Shown here piece by piece: positions 55,067 to 64,000 of a DNA stretch of 64,000 nucleotides. This DNA comes from an uncultured virus (IMG/VR IMGVR_UViG_3300017782_000010) (taxonomy: Duplodnaviria > Heunggongvirae > Uroviricota > Caudoviricetes). Every line of letters begins with the position of its first letter. Position 1 is the stretch's first letter. The stretch lies in IMG/VR virus record IMGVR_UViG_3300017782_000010. One strand, written 5' to 3'. Made by a program: the position numbers and the translations under genes. The notes under the pieces were generated by a model. The model was given only the letters and a program-made list of their open reading frames with translations. It ran no database searches and was not told the origin of the DNA.

Positions 55067-55271
55067 CGTAACCCTTCACTTTGACGGTGACCCTGTAGAG
55101 AAAGAAAGGGATTTCTATCGTGCAAAACTAGAAGAGGCCAATGCACGAATTCACACTTTGGAGTATGACTTGGCCGAACTCCAACAGAGAGATAAAACTC
55201 TCACTGAGCGAGTCAAGTTTATGGCTTCAAATCCACCTCGTAGACCAAGGAGTCGTTATGCACGACACTAG
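55056..55271 (+). CDS. Coiled-coil hypothetical protein
   Basis: ERDFYRAKLE heptads. Confidence 0.55.
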   Translation: MMTDVTLHFDGDPVEKERDFYRAKLEEANARIHTLEYDLAELQQRDKTLTERVKFMASNPPRRPRSRYARH

Positions 55272-55467
55272 GTCTTACAAGGTATTCCAAGGCGGTTATG
55301 TCATCCCAGCCAAGGATGACAGGCCTGCCGATTATGTAAAGGCGAAACCACCTGTCTTTCACTGTCAAGTATTTGATGGTAAAAATACAGTTGCGTTTTA
55401 TACAAGAAAAACTTATGCAGAAGCAAAAATGGAAGGGGAGAATTCACTTGAACGTAGAGTTGGTTGA
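55258..55467 (+). CDS. Hypothetical protein
   Basis: RBS AAGGAG before ATG at 55258. Confidence 0.5.
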   Translation: MHDTRSYKVFQGGYVIPAKDDRPADYVKAKPPVFHCQVFDGKNTVAFYTRKTYAEAKMEGENSLERRVG

Positions 55468-56071
55468 CCATATGGGTGATGACCTTTCTGTAGTAAATGC
55501 AGCAAGAGTATCCTTTGGTAAAAAAAAGACACAGTTTGAACACGGTGACCTCAAACTGATTAAGTTTCTTGCAAGAGAAGACCATTGGAGTCCATTTGGA
55601 CACGCATCTATGCAGTTCCATATCAAGGCTCCAATCTTTGTTGCAAGACAGTTAGTCAAACACCAAGTAGGTTTGGTATGGAATGAAATATCAAGACGAT
55701 ATGTTGATGATGAACCAGAATTCTATACACCGAAAGAGTGGAGACTGCGAACAGAAGATAAGAAACAAGGTAGTAGTGAAGAGACTGTCGAGTATAATAT
55801 TGATGGTGCAATTCAGTTCGTGACACAGACATACAAGAATCTGTTGAACGCCAATATCGCACCAGAGATGGCGAGAATAGTTCTCCCACAAAACCTTTAC
55901 ACAGAATGGTACTGGTCTGGTACACTGATGGCCTTTGCAAGAATTTGTAATTTACGTTGTGCAAAGGACACTCAATATGAGACACAGATTATCGCAAACA
56001 AGATTGATGAATATGGACACAATTTATTCCCAGCATCCTGGCCTGAACTCAGAAGTATTGATTCAGAATAG
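55448..56071 (+). CDS. thyX: Flavin-dependent thymidylate synthase
   Basis: VVNAARVSF, HWSPF, RQLVKH, NEISRRY, EMARIVLP. Confidence 0.95.
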   Translation: MNVELVDHMGDDLSVVNAARVSFGKKKTQFEHGDLKLIKFLAREDHWSPFGHASMQFHIKAPIFVARQLVKHQVGLVWNEISRRYVDDEPEFYTPKEWRLRTEDKKQGSSEETVEYNIDGAIQFVTQTYKNLLNANIAPEMARIVLPQNLYTEWYWSGTLMAFARICNLRCAKDTQYETQIIANKIDEYGHNLFPASWPELRSIDSE

Positions 56072-56072
56072 G

Positions 56073-56894
56073 ATGACAACAGAGAACGCATTTTGTTTTG
56101 GTAACGGAAAGTCAAGACTAGATTTTGACATGAAGGTTATCGAAGGTAGAGGCACCACGTTTGGGTGCAATGCAATATATCGTGATATGAAGGTTGACCA
56201 TCTGGTAACAGTGGATAATGAAATCACTCATGAGATTTACAGGAGTGGTTACTGTCAAGACAACCACACTCATATTCGTGATTGGAATGTATTACCTATG
56301 TTCTTTCTCAATGAGATGAAGGAAGACTATCAAGACGCTGATATTTGTATAGGACATGATGACGTTGGGTTTGTAATACACGGTTCTAATACGGCCGATG
56401 TGGATGCACACTTTAAAAAGATTGTGGAAGAGAACCCAGACATTGACATCAAGAAACTAGAATGGGAACGCAAACAAGTCAAGACCTTTATCACTGGTGT
56501 TAAAGAAGGTGACCTTGCAAAAACGATTGTGAATGACAGGATGCAGAGTTGTGGTGTTCTGTCTATTCAAATCGCCTGTGAGATGGGTGCAAAGAATGTG
56601 TTCATTATAGGTCATGACCTATATTCAAAAGATTTGAAGTTAAACAATGTATATGGTGGAACAACTGGATATCTACCAGAAACTTCAAATTATGTGAAGC
56701 CCGACAGTTGGATTGTCGGTCATAAAACTAATTTTGACAACTACCCAGATGTCAACTTTTACAAGGTGAATAAAGATGTTCTAGGAACAGATGACACCTG
56801 TTGTTTTGTTGAGGCCTGGCGTGATTGTGAAAATCTACAGTATATTACCCAAGAAGAAGTTGAAAGACTCCTTGACTTTGGGTGGATGATGTAG
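56073..56894 (+). CDS. Hypothetical Rossmann-like (DUF115/Maf-like) protein
   Basis: FGNGKSR, FGCNAIYRD, LVTVD, IIGHD. Confidence 0.55.
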   Translation: MTTENAFCFGNGKSRLDFDMKVIEGRGTTFGCNAIYRDMKVDHLVTVDNEITHEIYRSGYCQDNHTHIRDWNVLPMFFLNEMKEDYQDADICIGHDDVGFVIHGSNTADVDAHFKKIVEENPDIDIKKLEWERKQVKTFITGVKEGDLAKTIVNDRMQSCGVLSIQIACEMGAKNVFIIGHDLYSKDLKLNNVYGGTTGYLPETSNYVKPDSWIVGHKTNFDNYPDVNFYKVNKDVLGTDDTCCFVEAWRDCENLQYITQEEVERLLDFGWMM

Positions 56895-56964
56895 TATTAT
56901 AAATAAAATATATGATGAAAGACTGTGAAATACTTAAACATACGATAACATACGGAGAAAAAAT

Positions 56965-57849
56965 ATGTCGTTAGATACACTTAGACGAGCGAACACGCTC
57001 GACAAACTACTCTCTCAAGTTCAGGCAGAGAGTGCCCCTCAAGAAAAGAAGTCTTATGTAGACGAAAGACTGTGGAAACCAGAACTGGATAAGTCTGGTA
57101 ACGGTTATGCAGTTATTCGTTTCTTGCCTGCACCAGAAGGTGAAGAACTACCTTGGGTGAAAGTCTGGAAACACGCTTTCCAAGGCCCAACAGGTAAGTG
57201 GTACATTGAGAATTCTTTGACCACCATGAACCAAAAAGACCCTGTGTCAGAATACAATTCCTCACTATGGAATTCTGGTCTTGAGTCTGATAAGGAGATT
57301 GCGAGGAAACAGAAACGTAAACTTGAGTACTACTCAAACATTTACGTTGTGTCTGACTCCAAACACCCAGAGAATGAAGGAAAGGTATTCCTTTTCAGAT
57401 ACGGTAAGAAAATCTTTGATAAGATGATGGCGGCAATGCAACCAGAATTTGAAGATGAGACACCTATCAATCCTTTTGACTTTTGGGAAGGTGCGAACTT
57501 CAAACTGAAGATTCGTAAAGTTGATGGTTACTGGAACTATGATGCATCCTCTTTTGAGACTGTATCTGCACTGAAAGATGATGATGATGCTCTCAACAAC
57601 ATCTGGAAGACCCAGTATTCATTGCAAGAGTTTCTTGCACCTACCAACTTCAAGTCTTATGACGAACTGAAGAAGAGACTTGATGATGTTCTCTCTGGTA
57701 CGGTAACTGCAAGTGCGGCTGCAATGATGGATGAAGATGTTGTTGAAACACCTCAAATGAAGAGTGAACCAGCACCATCTATTCCTAGTGTAGATGCAAC
57801 TGACGAAGATGACACCATGTCATACTTTCAGAAACTTGCGAATGGGTAA
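56965..57849 (+). CDS. gp32: Single-stranded DNA binding protein
   Basis: DERLWKP, GYAVIRFLP, HAFQGP, YGKKIFDK, GANFKLK, acidic tail; TATAAATA at 56898. Confidence 0.97.
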   Translation: MSLDTLRRANTLDKLLSQVQAESAPQEKKSYVDERLWKPELDKSGNGYAVIRFLPAPEGEELPWVKVWKHAFQGPTGKWYIENSLTTMNQKDPVSEYNSSLWNSGLESDKEIARKQKRKLEYYSNIYVVSDSKHPENEGKVFLFRYGKKIFDKMMAAMQPEFEDETPINPFDFWEGANFKLKIRKVDGYWNYDASSFETVSALKDDDDALNNIWKTQYSLQEFLAPTNFKSYDELKKRLDDVLSGTVTASAAAMMDEDVVETPQMKSEPAPSIPSVDATDEDDTMSYFQKLANG

Positions 57850-57922
57850 GTTGTCAAACCCTGTGTAGAAAGTCCTTAGTGTCGTAACACCACAAAAAGA
57901 CAACGCATAGTAGACCAAGACG

Positions 57923-57954
57923 GAGAGGCAGGGGCAACCCTGTCTCTCTTTTTT
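57923..57954 (+). terminator. Intrinsic terminator
   Basis: GAGAGGCAGGG-GCAA-CCCTGTCTCTC-TTTTTT. Confidence 0.85.
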
Positions 57955-57990
57955 ACTAAATACTATTGAAGTCATCAGTAGGAGAGAGAG

Positions 57991-58473
57991 ATGATTGAGG
58001 TAGTCGCCGCTGTGTCAGCGGCATCGAGCGCCTTTGGCGCCATCAAAAAAGGTTTTGAGGTCGGTAGAGATATTGAATCCATGGCAGGCGATTTAGGTCG
58101 CTGGATGGGTGCAGTATCAGATATCAAGAAGGCCGAAGAGTATAATAAGAAACCACCCCTGTTTAAAAAACTGTTTGCGGCCGGTTCTGTTGAAGAAGAG
58201 GCCATGCAAATATTCATGGCCAAGAAAAAGGCCGATGATATGCGTGAACAGTTACGTCAAATCATTACCTATACTAGAGGGCCAACTGCATGGCAGGAGC
58301 TCTTGAAAACAGAGGCGGATATACGCAAGAAACGTCAGAAGATGATTTATGACCAAAAGGAAAGACAACGTAAGTTTGTAGAGTACACACTCGCATTTAT
58401 ACTTGTTGCGATAACATCTGCCTTAATTGTTTGGGGTATCTATTTCATCATGGATGTAAAAGGAATGTTGTAA
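57991..58473 (+). CDS. Membrane-anchored hypothetical protein
   Basis: GRDIESM..DLGRWM, SVEEEA, C-terminal TM. Confidence 0.7.
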   Translation: MIEVVAAVSAASSAFGAIKKGFEVGRDIESMAGDLGRWMGAVSDIKKAEEYNKKPPLFKKLFAAGSVEEEAMQIFMAKKKADDMREQLRQIITYTRGPTAWQELLKTEADIRKKRQKMIYDQKERQRKFVEYTLAFILVAITSALIVWGIYFIMDVKGML

Positions 58474-58658
58474 TGATGTTGTTTTTTATTGTGGCCTGTC
58501 TCGTTTCACTTCTTGGGTGTCTAGGTTATATTATATGGATGGATGACCAGTTATACAGAGAACCATATATTCCAGAGTTTGATTCAGAGAGAAAAGTTCG
58601 TGAGATTAAATTACGTCTTGCAGACTTAGAATTCAAACAGAAACAGTCGATACAATGA
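58473..58658 (+). CDS. Small membrane protein
   Basis: N-terminal TM, coupled to neighbours. Confidence 0.5.
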   Translation: MMLFFIVACLVSLLGCLGYIIWMDDQLYREPYIPEFDSERKVREIKLRLADLEFKQKQSIQ

Positions 58659-58885
58659 TACACGCATTCATGTTAGTAGTTGTTTTAGGAACAGGTGAGT
58701 TTCGACAGATACAACCGAATGCAATGGTATTCAGAAGTATTGATGTGTGTTTGTATTATGCAAAACGTATTCCTAAACAATATGGTAATTACTCATATAG
58801 TTCATACATAGACCCCAAGGATAGAGTCACTGCATATTGTAAACCTGTCAAAGTTCAAGACGGGCCTAACGTGTATGACCACTAA
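58655..58885 (+). CDS. Small Cys-containing hypothetical protein
   Basis: MIHAFMLVV, FRSIDVCLYYA, TAYCKP. Confidence 0.6.
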   Translation: MIHAFMLVVVLGTGEFRQIQPNAMVFRSIDVCLYYAKRIPKQYGNYSYSSYIDPKDRVTAYCKPVKVQDGPNVYDH

Positions 58886-60825
58886 AGTACTGGTACTGTT
58901 CCTGCCGGTGCTGCTGTATCTTTAAGAGGTTGAGTAGTCACACTTGAACTACTACTGTTATTACTATTATCAGTGTTGTTATAGTTGTTTACAACGACAC
59001 CGCCCTGTTGACCCCTCATTTCTTCAGACGCATTAATTAACTCTTCCATTCTATCTGCATCACCAGACGCTCTCGCCTCTGCAAACTCTTGAGTAAGACC
59101 TGCCGACTTCAATAATGCAGATTGAGTATCATCTGGTTCTGGAAGAATCCTTGCACCTGTGTTTGGGTCAAGACCAGCGAATTCGTAAACACCATCTGGA
59201 ATAACGGATGAAACTGCACCCCTAATCCAGTTTGCAATTCTACTACCACCTTCTTCTCCAGCAGGATTAGGTAAGATACCACGAAGAATACCTTTCAATA
59301 AGTCTTTTGCGGCCTCACCAATATTTTTCATACCAGACATCAAGTCTGCAATCAAATCATTTTCACCAGTAAACAGACCTACAATATAATCAACTGCCTT
59401 TGATACAAGGTTGAACGGTGCAGATACAATATCCATCAATAGGTCTTTGAAACTAAAAGAGTCAAGGAATTCAACCGCACCGTCAAACCCAAGTTTACCC
59501 ATAATCCATGAGACACCATCTTTAAGTAAGTCAAGAGGCATACCAACCAAGTTACCTATCAGTTTAGATAGACCACCACCAACACCATCAATAAATTTAG
59601 ATACTATACTGTCACCATCTGATTCTTTCCAACCGTCAATGAAACCTGTTATCAAATCAAATGCAGACATAACGATTGTTACTGGTAGGAATAATTTACC
59701 CAACACTGTACCAAATCCTTTTGCAAAACCAAGTATTTTACCAATGACACCACCCTTGCCCGCCATTGCAGAAACACTGGTTACTGAATTTCCAATTGCA
59801 CCAAACACTCTTGATACTGGTTGAAATAAACTTTTCACACCCTTGATAAAATCATCCAACATGGTTGATGCAGTAGTAATAAACTTGTTTCCTTGGAGAT
59901 TTGTTAGACCTGTAGTGAAGAAACTTTTGATTGCCTTGAATTTGTCACCAATGAATGTAAAGAATCTACCAATTAGAGTGTCGGGCCCTGCGAATGTATT
60001 TGCAGTATTTCTTATGATGGCCTTGATAGGGTCAAAAAGTTTGTCAAATGTTAGAATTATCGCCTTGATACCGTTGAATTGTCTTTTGATTTCTGTTACA
60101 AACGCACCAACAAATGATGTAATGACTGCACCTATCAAACCAATCGGTGCGAGTAGACCCATACCGACATCTTCTGCTTTGATGTTTGCGACACCTTCTG
60201 CAAGATTGTCGATACCTCTTGCAATACTGTGGAAGATAGATTGTGTCTCTTGTTCTTGACGCATCTTCTCATTATCTTTTTCAACTCTTTTGGCCGCACC
60301 CTTCATCTCATTTGCACGAGCCTTATCGTCTGCGTCAAGTTGTTCTTGATTCATACCAATCAACTTATCGACACCCATCAAGAACCCACCCTTGTCATTG
60401 GTGAACATACCAGCGGCGATGTTAAATTGGTCTACATCAAATCCAAGTAAATTTTCTGTTGCAGACTTTAACTCTGACGCCTCTTTTTCTTGTGCCTGAA
60501 ATACTGCCTGTTGTTTTTTAAGATGACCAAACTGTTCTCTTGTAAGACCAAGACGTTGACGCAAGAGTGCTTGTTCTCTCTTGTCCTTCAACATTGCAAA
60601 CCCTTTGTTGAACAGTGTCTTACCAACTGCACCAAGTGTTTGTACGCCAGGCAGATTTAGAAACGGTTGTGTGAATGAATCAGTGACCTTTTTCAAATCG
60701 CCAGCGACTGTCAATGCAATCTCTTTACCTGCCGATTGATTAAAATCTCTGAGTTCTTCTGTAACCCTAGTTAGTTGTCTGGATGCCTCTGCAAACGCTT
60801 GGGCCTGTCGTGCGTCATCTGCCAT
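58882..60825 (-). CDS. Probable tape measure/baseplate hub protein (gp29-like)
   Basis: 647 aa helical and amphipathic, G-rich middle, N/S-rich C-terminus; downstream of gp26/gp51. Confidence 0.6.
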   Translation of the reverse strand: MADDARQAQAFAEASRQLTRVTEELRDFNQSAGKEIALTVAGDLKKVTDSFTQPFLNLPGVQTLGAVGKTLFNKGFAMLKDKREQALLRQRLGLTREQFGHLKKQQAVFQAQEKEASELKSATENLLGFDVDQFNIAAGMFTNDKGGFLMGVDKLIGMNQEQLDADDKARANEMKGAAKRVEKDNEKMRQEQETQSIFHSIARGIDNLAEGVANIKAEDVGMGLLAPIGLIGAVITSFVGAFVTEIKRQFNGIKAIILTFDKLFDPIKAIIRNTANTFAGPDTLIGRFFTFIGDKFKAIKSFFTTGLTNLQGNKFITTASTMLDDFIKGVKSLFQPVSRVFGAIGNSVTSVSAMAGKGGVIGKILGFAKGFGTVLGKLFLPVTIVMSAFDLITGFIDGWKESDGDSIVSKFIDGVGGGLSKLIGNLVGMPLDLLKDGVSWIMGKLGFDGAVEFLDSFSFKDLLMDIVSAPFNLVSKAVDYIVGLFTGENDLIADLMSGMKNIGEAAKDLLKGILRGILPNPAGEEGGSRIANWIRGAVSSVIPDGVYEFAGLDPNTGARILPEPDDTQSALLKSAGLTQEFAEARASGDADRMEELINASEEMRGQQGGVVVNNYNNTDNSNNSSSSSVTTQPLKDTAAPAGTVPVL

Positions 60826-60829
60826 TTAC

Positions 60830-61174
60830 TTACTTCTTTTTATCTGTATATGCATTTGCACCAAAGTATGCGGCGACTAATGCAGAGATGGCAACAAAGT
60901 ATGTCGGTGCAATATCACCAATAATTGTTGCGGCCTTCTCTTGTCCTAAAATTGATGTAATAAAAATACCTGCCGGATAGAGTAACATACCCAACAATGC
61001 AAACCAAGTCATCTTACGCATTGCATCTCTACGGGCATCTGCGTCTTCAAGTTCTTTTCTTTTGAATTCCAAATTCATCTCCATTTCTTCTTGTGAAATG
61101 TGTCCATCACCATTACTGTCAACCTTGTCTATAACCGCTGGGTCTGCGGTAACGGTTTTCTTCTCTTCAGACAT
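60830..61174 (-). CDS. Two-TM membrane protein with EF-hand-like loop
   Basis: DSNGDGHISQEE; two TMs; late promoter TATAAATA at 61200-61193. Confidence 0.65.
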   Translation of the reverse strand: MSEEKKTVTADPAVIDKVDSNGDGHISQEEMEMNLEFKRKELEDADARRDAMRKMTWFALLGMLLYPAGIFITSILGQEKAATIIGDIAPTYFVAISALVAAYFGANAYTDKKK

Positions 61175-61191
61175 TACTCTCTCCCTTTGTA

Positions 61192-61392
61192 TTATTTATA
61201 CTGTGCGTTCTGTCTTTTAATGCGTTCATTTTCTTCTTCAATATGTGCCTTCAACATTGAGACATATATTTCCCTTTCCCACGGTATCATATCATCTAAT
61301 TCTGTTAGATTGTAATGATAGTTTTGCATCATGATAAAATTAGTCTTATAGTACGCTTTAAGACTATCATGAGAAAGGCCTACCCTAAAAAA
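61192..61392 (-). CDS. gp51: gp51-like baseplate hub assembly module, probably a -1 frameshift extension of gp26 (not in ORF track)
   Basis: LSHDSLKAYYKTNFIMMQNYHYNLTELDDMIPWEREIYV; frame opens at the slippery TTTTTTA. Confidence 0.75.
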   Translation of the reverse strand, partial: FFRVGLSHDSLKAYYKTNFIMMQNYHYNLTELDDMIPWEREIYVSMLKAHIEEENERIKRQNAQYK

Positions 61393-62087
61393 CTTTGCAA
61401 TCCTTCAAGTCTGATTTTATTCTCAACATCAGTGTTTGGGTTCTTGATTACAATATCATGTCTCAATCTAGGGATACCATCAAAGAACGCTTGTACATCT
61501 GCGAACTGGTCAGTATTCATAGATTCGATAAACTCATCTAATTCATTTTTAGGTAGTTCCTCATAAACCTCATTCTCATCAAAAATGTTTACAAGACATT
61601 CACCAATCACACCAAACGTCAACTCTACTGCACCCATCTCACCACTAGTATACTTTTTCAAGTCTTTCAGTGATGGATACTTCATTGTCATACCAACTGT
61701 GTCGGTAATCATGATTGTGTTGGAATGACCTTCAGTATGTTGAATTTCAACATCATTAAGATTTAGAGTGTATGGAACAATTGTCTTATTATCGTCTTCA
61801 CAAGTTAGTTGTAATTCGATTTCGTCACCAACTGACTTGGAACGAATTTTGAGAAACATATACTCAACATCGAATGACGGTAATTGTTCTGGATTTGCAA
61901 TTGCACCAAAGGTACATGACTTGATGAGTTCGCACATGGCATCGGCCATCTCTGTACCTTCACCTGTCTCTTGCGCCATCATCAAGACCTTTTGTTCCTT
62001 TACCAAAAAGGGTCGGAACTTAATTGTTTCCCCTGTTGACGGTTGTACCATCTCATGCGTAGGGGTATTTAACTTAGGCAACGCCAT
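61380..62087 (-). CDS. gp26: Baseplate hub subunit/assembly chaperone
   Basis: MALPKL.TP, IKFRPFLVKE, DVEYMFLKIRSKSVG, MKYP. Confidence 0.9.
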   Translation of the reverse strand: MALPKLNTPTHEMVQPSTGETIKFRPFLVKEQKVLMMAQETGEGTEMADAMCELIKSCTFGAIANPEQLPSFDVEYMFLKIRSKSVGDEIELQLTCEDDNKTIVPYTLNLNDVEIQHTEGHSNTIMITDTVGMTMKYPSLKDLKKYTSGEMGAVELTFGVIGECLVNIFDENEVYEELPKNELDEFIESMNTDQFADVQAFFDGIPRLRHDIVIKNPNTDVENKIRLEGLQSFLG

Positions 62088-62108
62088 AATATTCTCCTAT
62101 ATTAATAA

Positions 62109-62837
62109 TTAAAATAATCGCCTCAAAACAGCTGGTATCTGAGTTTGTACTTGTTTGATAACAGCGTCTTTCAATATATCTTGAAGTGTAGACTCAAGAT
62201 TTGCCTTTTGTGGTTCGGTTGCAATATTTCTCCAATAACGATACGCAAACGAAACACTACACTTATTTATCGTGTTACTTGATGCATGACCAAATGGTAT
62301 TGCATCAATAGTTTTGGGGAACGCCTCTTCAAGACGGACACCCATTGTTCTCTCATCTTTTTCGTTGAGTGCATAAATCTCAACTGCACCAACATACTCT
62401 TTATAATAGTTGATGTTATATGTGTCTGGATTGTATGTGACCTTCTGCCATTCCTCAAAGAAATATCTTTCGGCCATGTCAGACCCCATGTAGAATGTTG
62501 CGGCAACCTCTGCAAATGTTTGACCCTGTACCATCTCATGTGGTGGGCCATAAATGTTACCATTCATTTGAGTACGAAGGTTTCTGCCTGGCATGGAAAT
62601 ACTGTCACAACGAAACGAAATACGTCTTGCAGTTTCACCATGTAGTTGTGATAACAAGTTACCAGATTGTGCAGAATCACCTGCCTCTGGATTGTTACTA
62701 CCAGACGGTAAACCAATCACCACCTCATAACGATTTGCCTTTGAATATCCATCTCTGGATGCATTGTGTGAAAGGATTGCATTCAACCCACCAAACACTG
62801 CACCACCAAGGACATTACCAAAATTGAATTTTGCCAT
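62109..62837 (-). CDS. Tail-tube-fold baseplate protein (gp19/gp54 family)
   Basis: NRYEV, CDSISMPG, FFEEWQ, EAFPKTI, VSFAYRYW. Confidence 0.75.
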   Translation of the reverse strand: MAKFNFGNVLGGAVFGGLNAILSHNASRDGYSKANRYEVVIGLPSGSNNPEAGDSAQSGNLLSQLHGETARRISFRCDSISMPGRNLRTQMNGNIYGPPHEMVQGQTFAEVAATFYMGSDMAERYFFEEWQKVTYNPDTYNINYYKEYVGAVEIYALNEKDERTMGVRLEEAFPKTIDAIPFGHASSNTINKCSVSFAYRYWRNIATEPQKANLESTLQDILKDAVIKQVQTQIPAVLRRLF

Positions 62838-63358
62838 TAAATCATCTTCCTAGAATCTGACCATACTTCAGTCGCAGACGCTTTCTTAAACCGTTGTACT
62901 GGTAACATAATTGCAGTAAGGTTGTCATCATCTGGTATCTTGCGAAAGGCCGACTTTGTAAACCCATACAAATATCTTTTCAGACATGGACGAGTCAATC
63001 GGTTATTTTCAATCGCACTGATACTTAGATTATCACCACCAGCCGCATCAAGTAATCTCGCTCTTAATGCATATGGTAGATAGTGAAAGTTAAGACCAAG
63101 GAAACCATTACTATATCTTTTCAATGGTAGTACCAATGGGAACGTGTCATAGTATGGTAGTTTATTTCTCAACTTAGGAGAATACACAAACATATTCAAT
63201 GAACCAAACGCAGGCGTTCTATTTAAATCACCACTACGCAACAGTTCAGGCACACTAGGTGTACCCAATTCCTTAATACGATTTCGATACCATTTAAACG
63301 GTTCGTTGCCCGTCTTTATCTGTTTCGATATCCTGTCAAAGTAACTTTCTTCTGCCAT
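62837..63358 (-). CDS. gp2: DNA end protector protein
   Basis: MFVYSPK..LPYYDTFPLV, GLNFHYLP, PCLKRYL, VWSDS. Confidence 0.92.
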   Translation of the reverse strand: MAEESYFDRISKQIKTGNEPFKWYRNRIKELGTPSVPELLRSGDLNRTPAFGSLNMFVYSPKLRNKLPYYDTFPLVLPLKRYSNGFLGLNFHYLPYALRARLLDAAGGDNLSISAIENNRLTRPCLKRYLYGFTKSAFRKIPDDDNLTAIMLPVQRFKKASATEVWSDSRKMI

Positions 63359-63366
63359 ACTTCTAT

Positions 63367-63801
63367 TTATATCATCAATTCAACTTCTGTGAGGATGATA
63401 AACTCCATATTCCTGTCCTTACACCACTCTGTCGCATTCATCCACTTGGCCTCATTGATTGCATATGTACGCACCTCATTGATGTATTTCTTGGTTTTGC
63501 GTTTTGGTGTTTTAGGGGGTTTTGTTTGCACTTTCGGTTTGACTTCTACTACCCACTTCTTGACTTTGTTTTCTTTGGTTTTGACCTTTACATAGAAGTC
63601 TGGAAAGTAACGGTGTATCTTACCATCAATGGGTGAACGATATGGAATGAAAAACTCTTCAGAACCCCATTCTATAATTCTGTCATTCATGTCACAATAA
63701 ACCATGAACTTTCGCTCCCACAAACTACGATAAATAATATTAGATGGGTCGCCTTTATACTTTTTGGGGTTGGATGGACTATATCTTCCACGGTATGCCA
63801 T
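63367..63801 (-). CDS. gp4: Head completion nuclease
   Basis: YKGDP.NIIYRSLWE, WGSEE, HRYFPDF, EVKP, NEAKW; late promoter at 63841-63834. Confidence 0.93.
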   Translation of the reverse strand: MAYRGRYSPSNPKKYKGDPSNIIYRSLWERKFMVYCDMNDRIIEWGSEEFFIPYRSPIDGKIHRYFPDFYVKVKTKENKVKKWVVEVKPKVQTKPPKTPKRKTKKYINEVRTYAINEAKWMNATEWCKDRNMEFIILTEVELMI

Positions 63802-63844
63802 GATGTTACACCTAAATAAATAATATACAAGGATATTTATAACG

Positions 63845-64000
63845 ATGCGTGGATTCTTAAACGAAATCAAAAATGTTGCAATTAACAGGGCAACGAACAG
63901 AATTAACAATGCACTGGGCGGTTTAGTCAGTCCTTTGGGAAGAGGTATTCCCAATAACATTGGTGGTACATTTCAAACGAATGTGTACAACACCCTTGCA
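63845..64000 (+). CDS. Divergent ORF, 3' partial (position typical of gp48 tail tube cap)
   Basis: MRGFLNEIKNVAINRATNRINN.. open to window end; RBS AAGGA. Confidence 0.45.
   Translation, partial: MRGFLNEIKNVAINRATNRINNALGGLVSPLGRGIPNNIGGTFQTNVYNTLA

Noticed and set aside
133..58223. Numerous short minus-strand and alternative-frame ORFs in the track
   Set aside because: They are shadows of well-supported + strand genes, with no RBS or motifs.
63802..63960. Hydrophobic N-terminal extension of gp4 in the ORF track
   Set aside because: It overlaps the late promoter and the divergent gene; the real start is at 63801.

Overview
This 64 kb window comes from a T4-like (myovirus) phage genome, AT-rich and almost fully coding. 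It is probably marine, and the circularly permuted tmRNA points to an alphaproteobacterial host. Positions 1-58.9 kb are mostly on the + strand. They hold the T4 core replication and recombination genes (gp47, 46, 45, 44, 62, regA, 43, uvsX, 41, 61, rnh, 33, 59, 32), nucleotide metabolism genes (nrdA, Grx-nrdB, thyX, mazG), DNA modification genes, a late-promoter block of probable head-packaged proteins, a lysis/membrane block and auxiliary genes (Hsp20, IscA, pseudoazurin, half-size Na/Pi transporter, bS21, phoH, tmRNA). Positions 58.9-63.8 kb on the - strand carry tail and head genes. The most notable signals are five. (1) A cluster of proteins with T4 internal-protein-like capsid targeting N-termini, including apparent protease-cleavable polyproteins. 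(2) A C5 cytosine methyltransferase with a motif X Asn->Arg change, coupled to a CmoA-like carboxy-SAM synthase, which predicts carboxymethylcytosine. (3) A U-UUU-UUA -1 frameshift joining the gp26-like and gp51-like frames upstream of a tape-measure-like gene. (4) A promoter- and terminator-bounded sRNA whose loop is complementary to the leaders of a family of strong early promoters, plus several other structured RNAs. (5) A ROSE thermometer and sigma32-like promoter on hsp20. All calls come from motif recognition by eye; no database searches were run. Where I changed a start codon from the ORF track, the choice was based on the RBS and promoter context.
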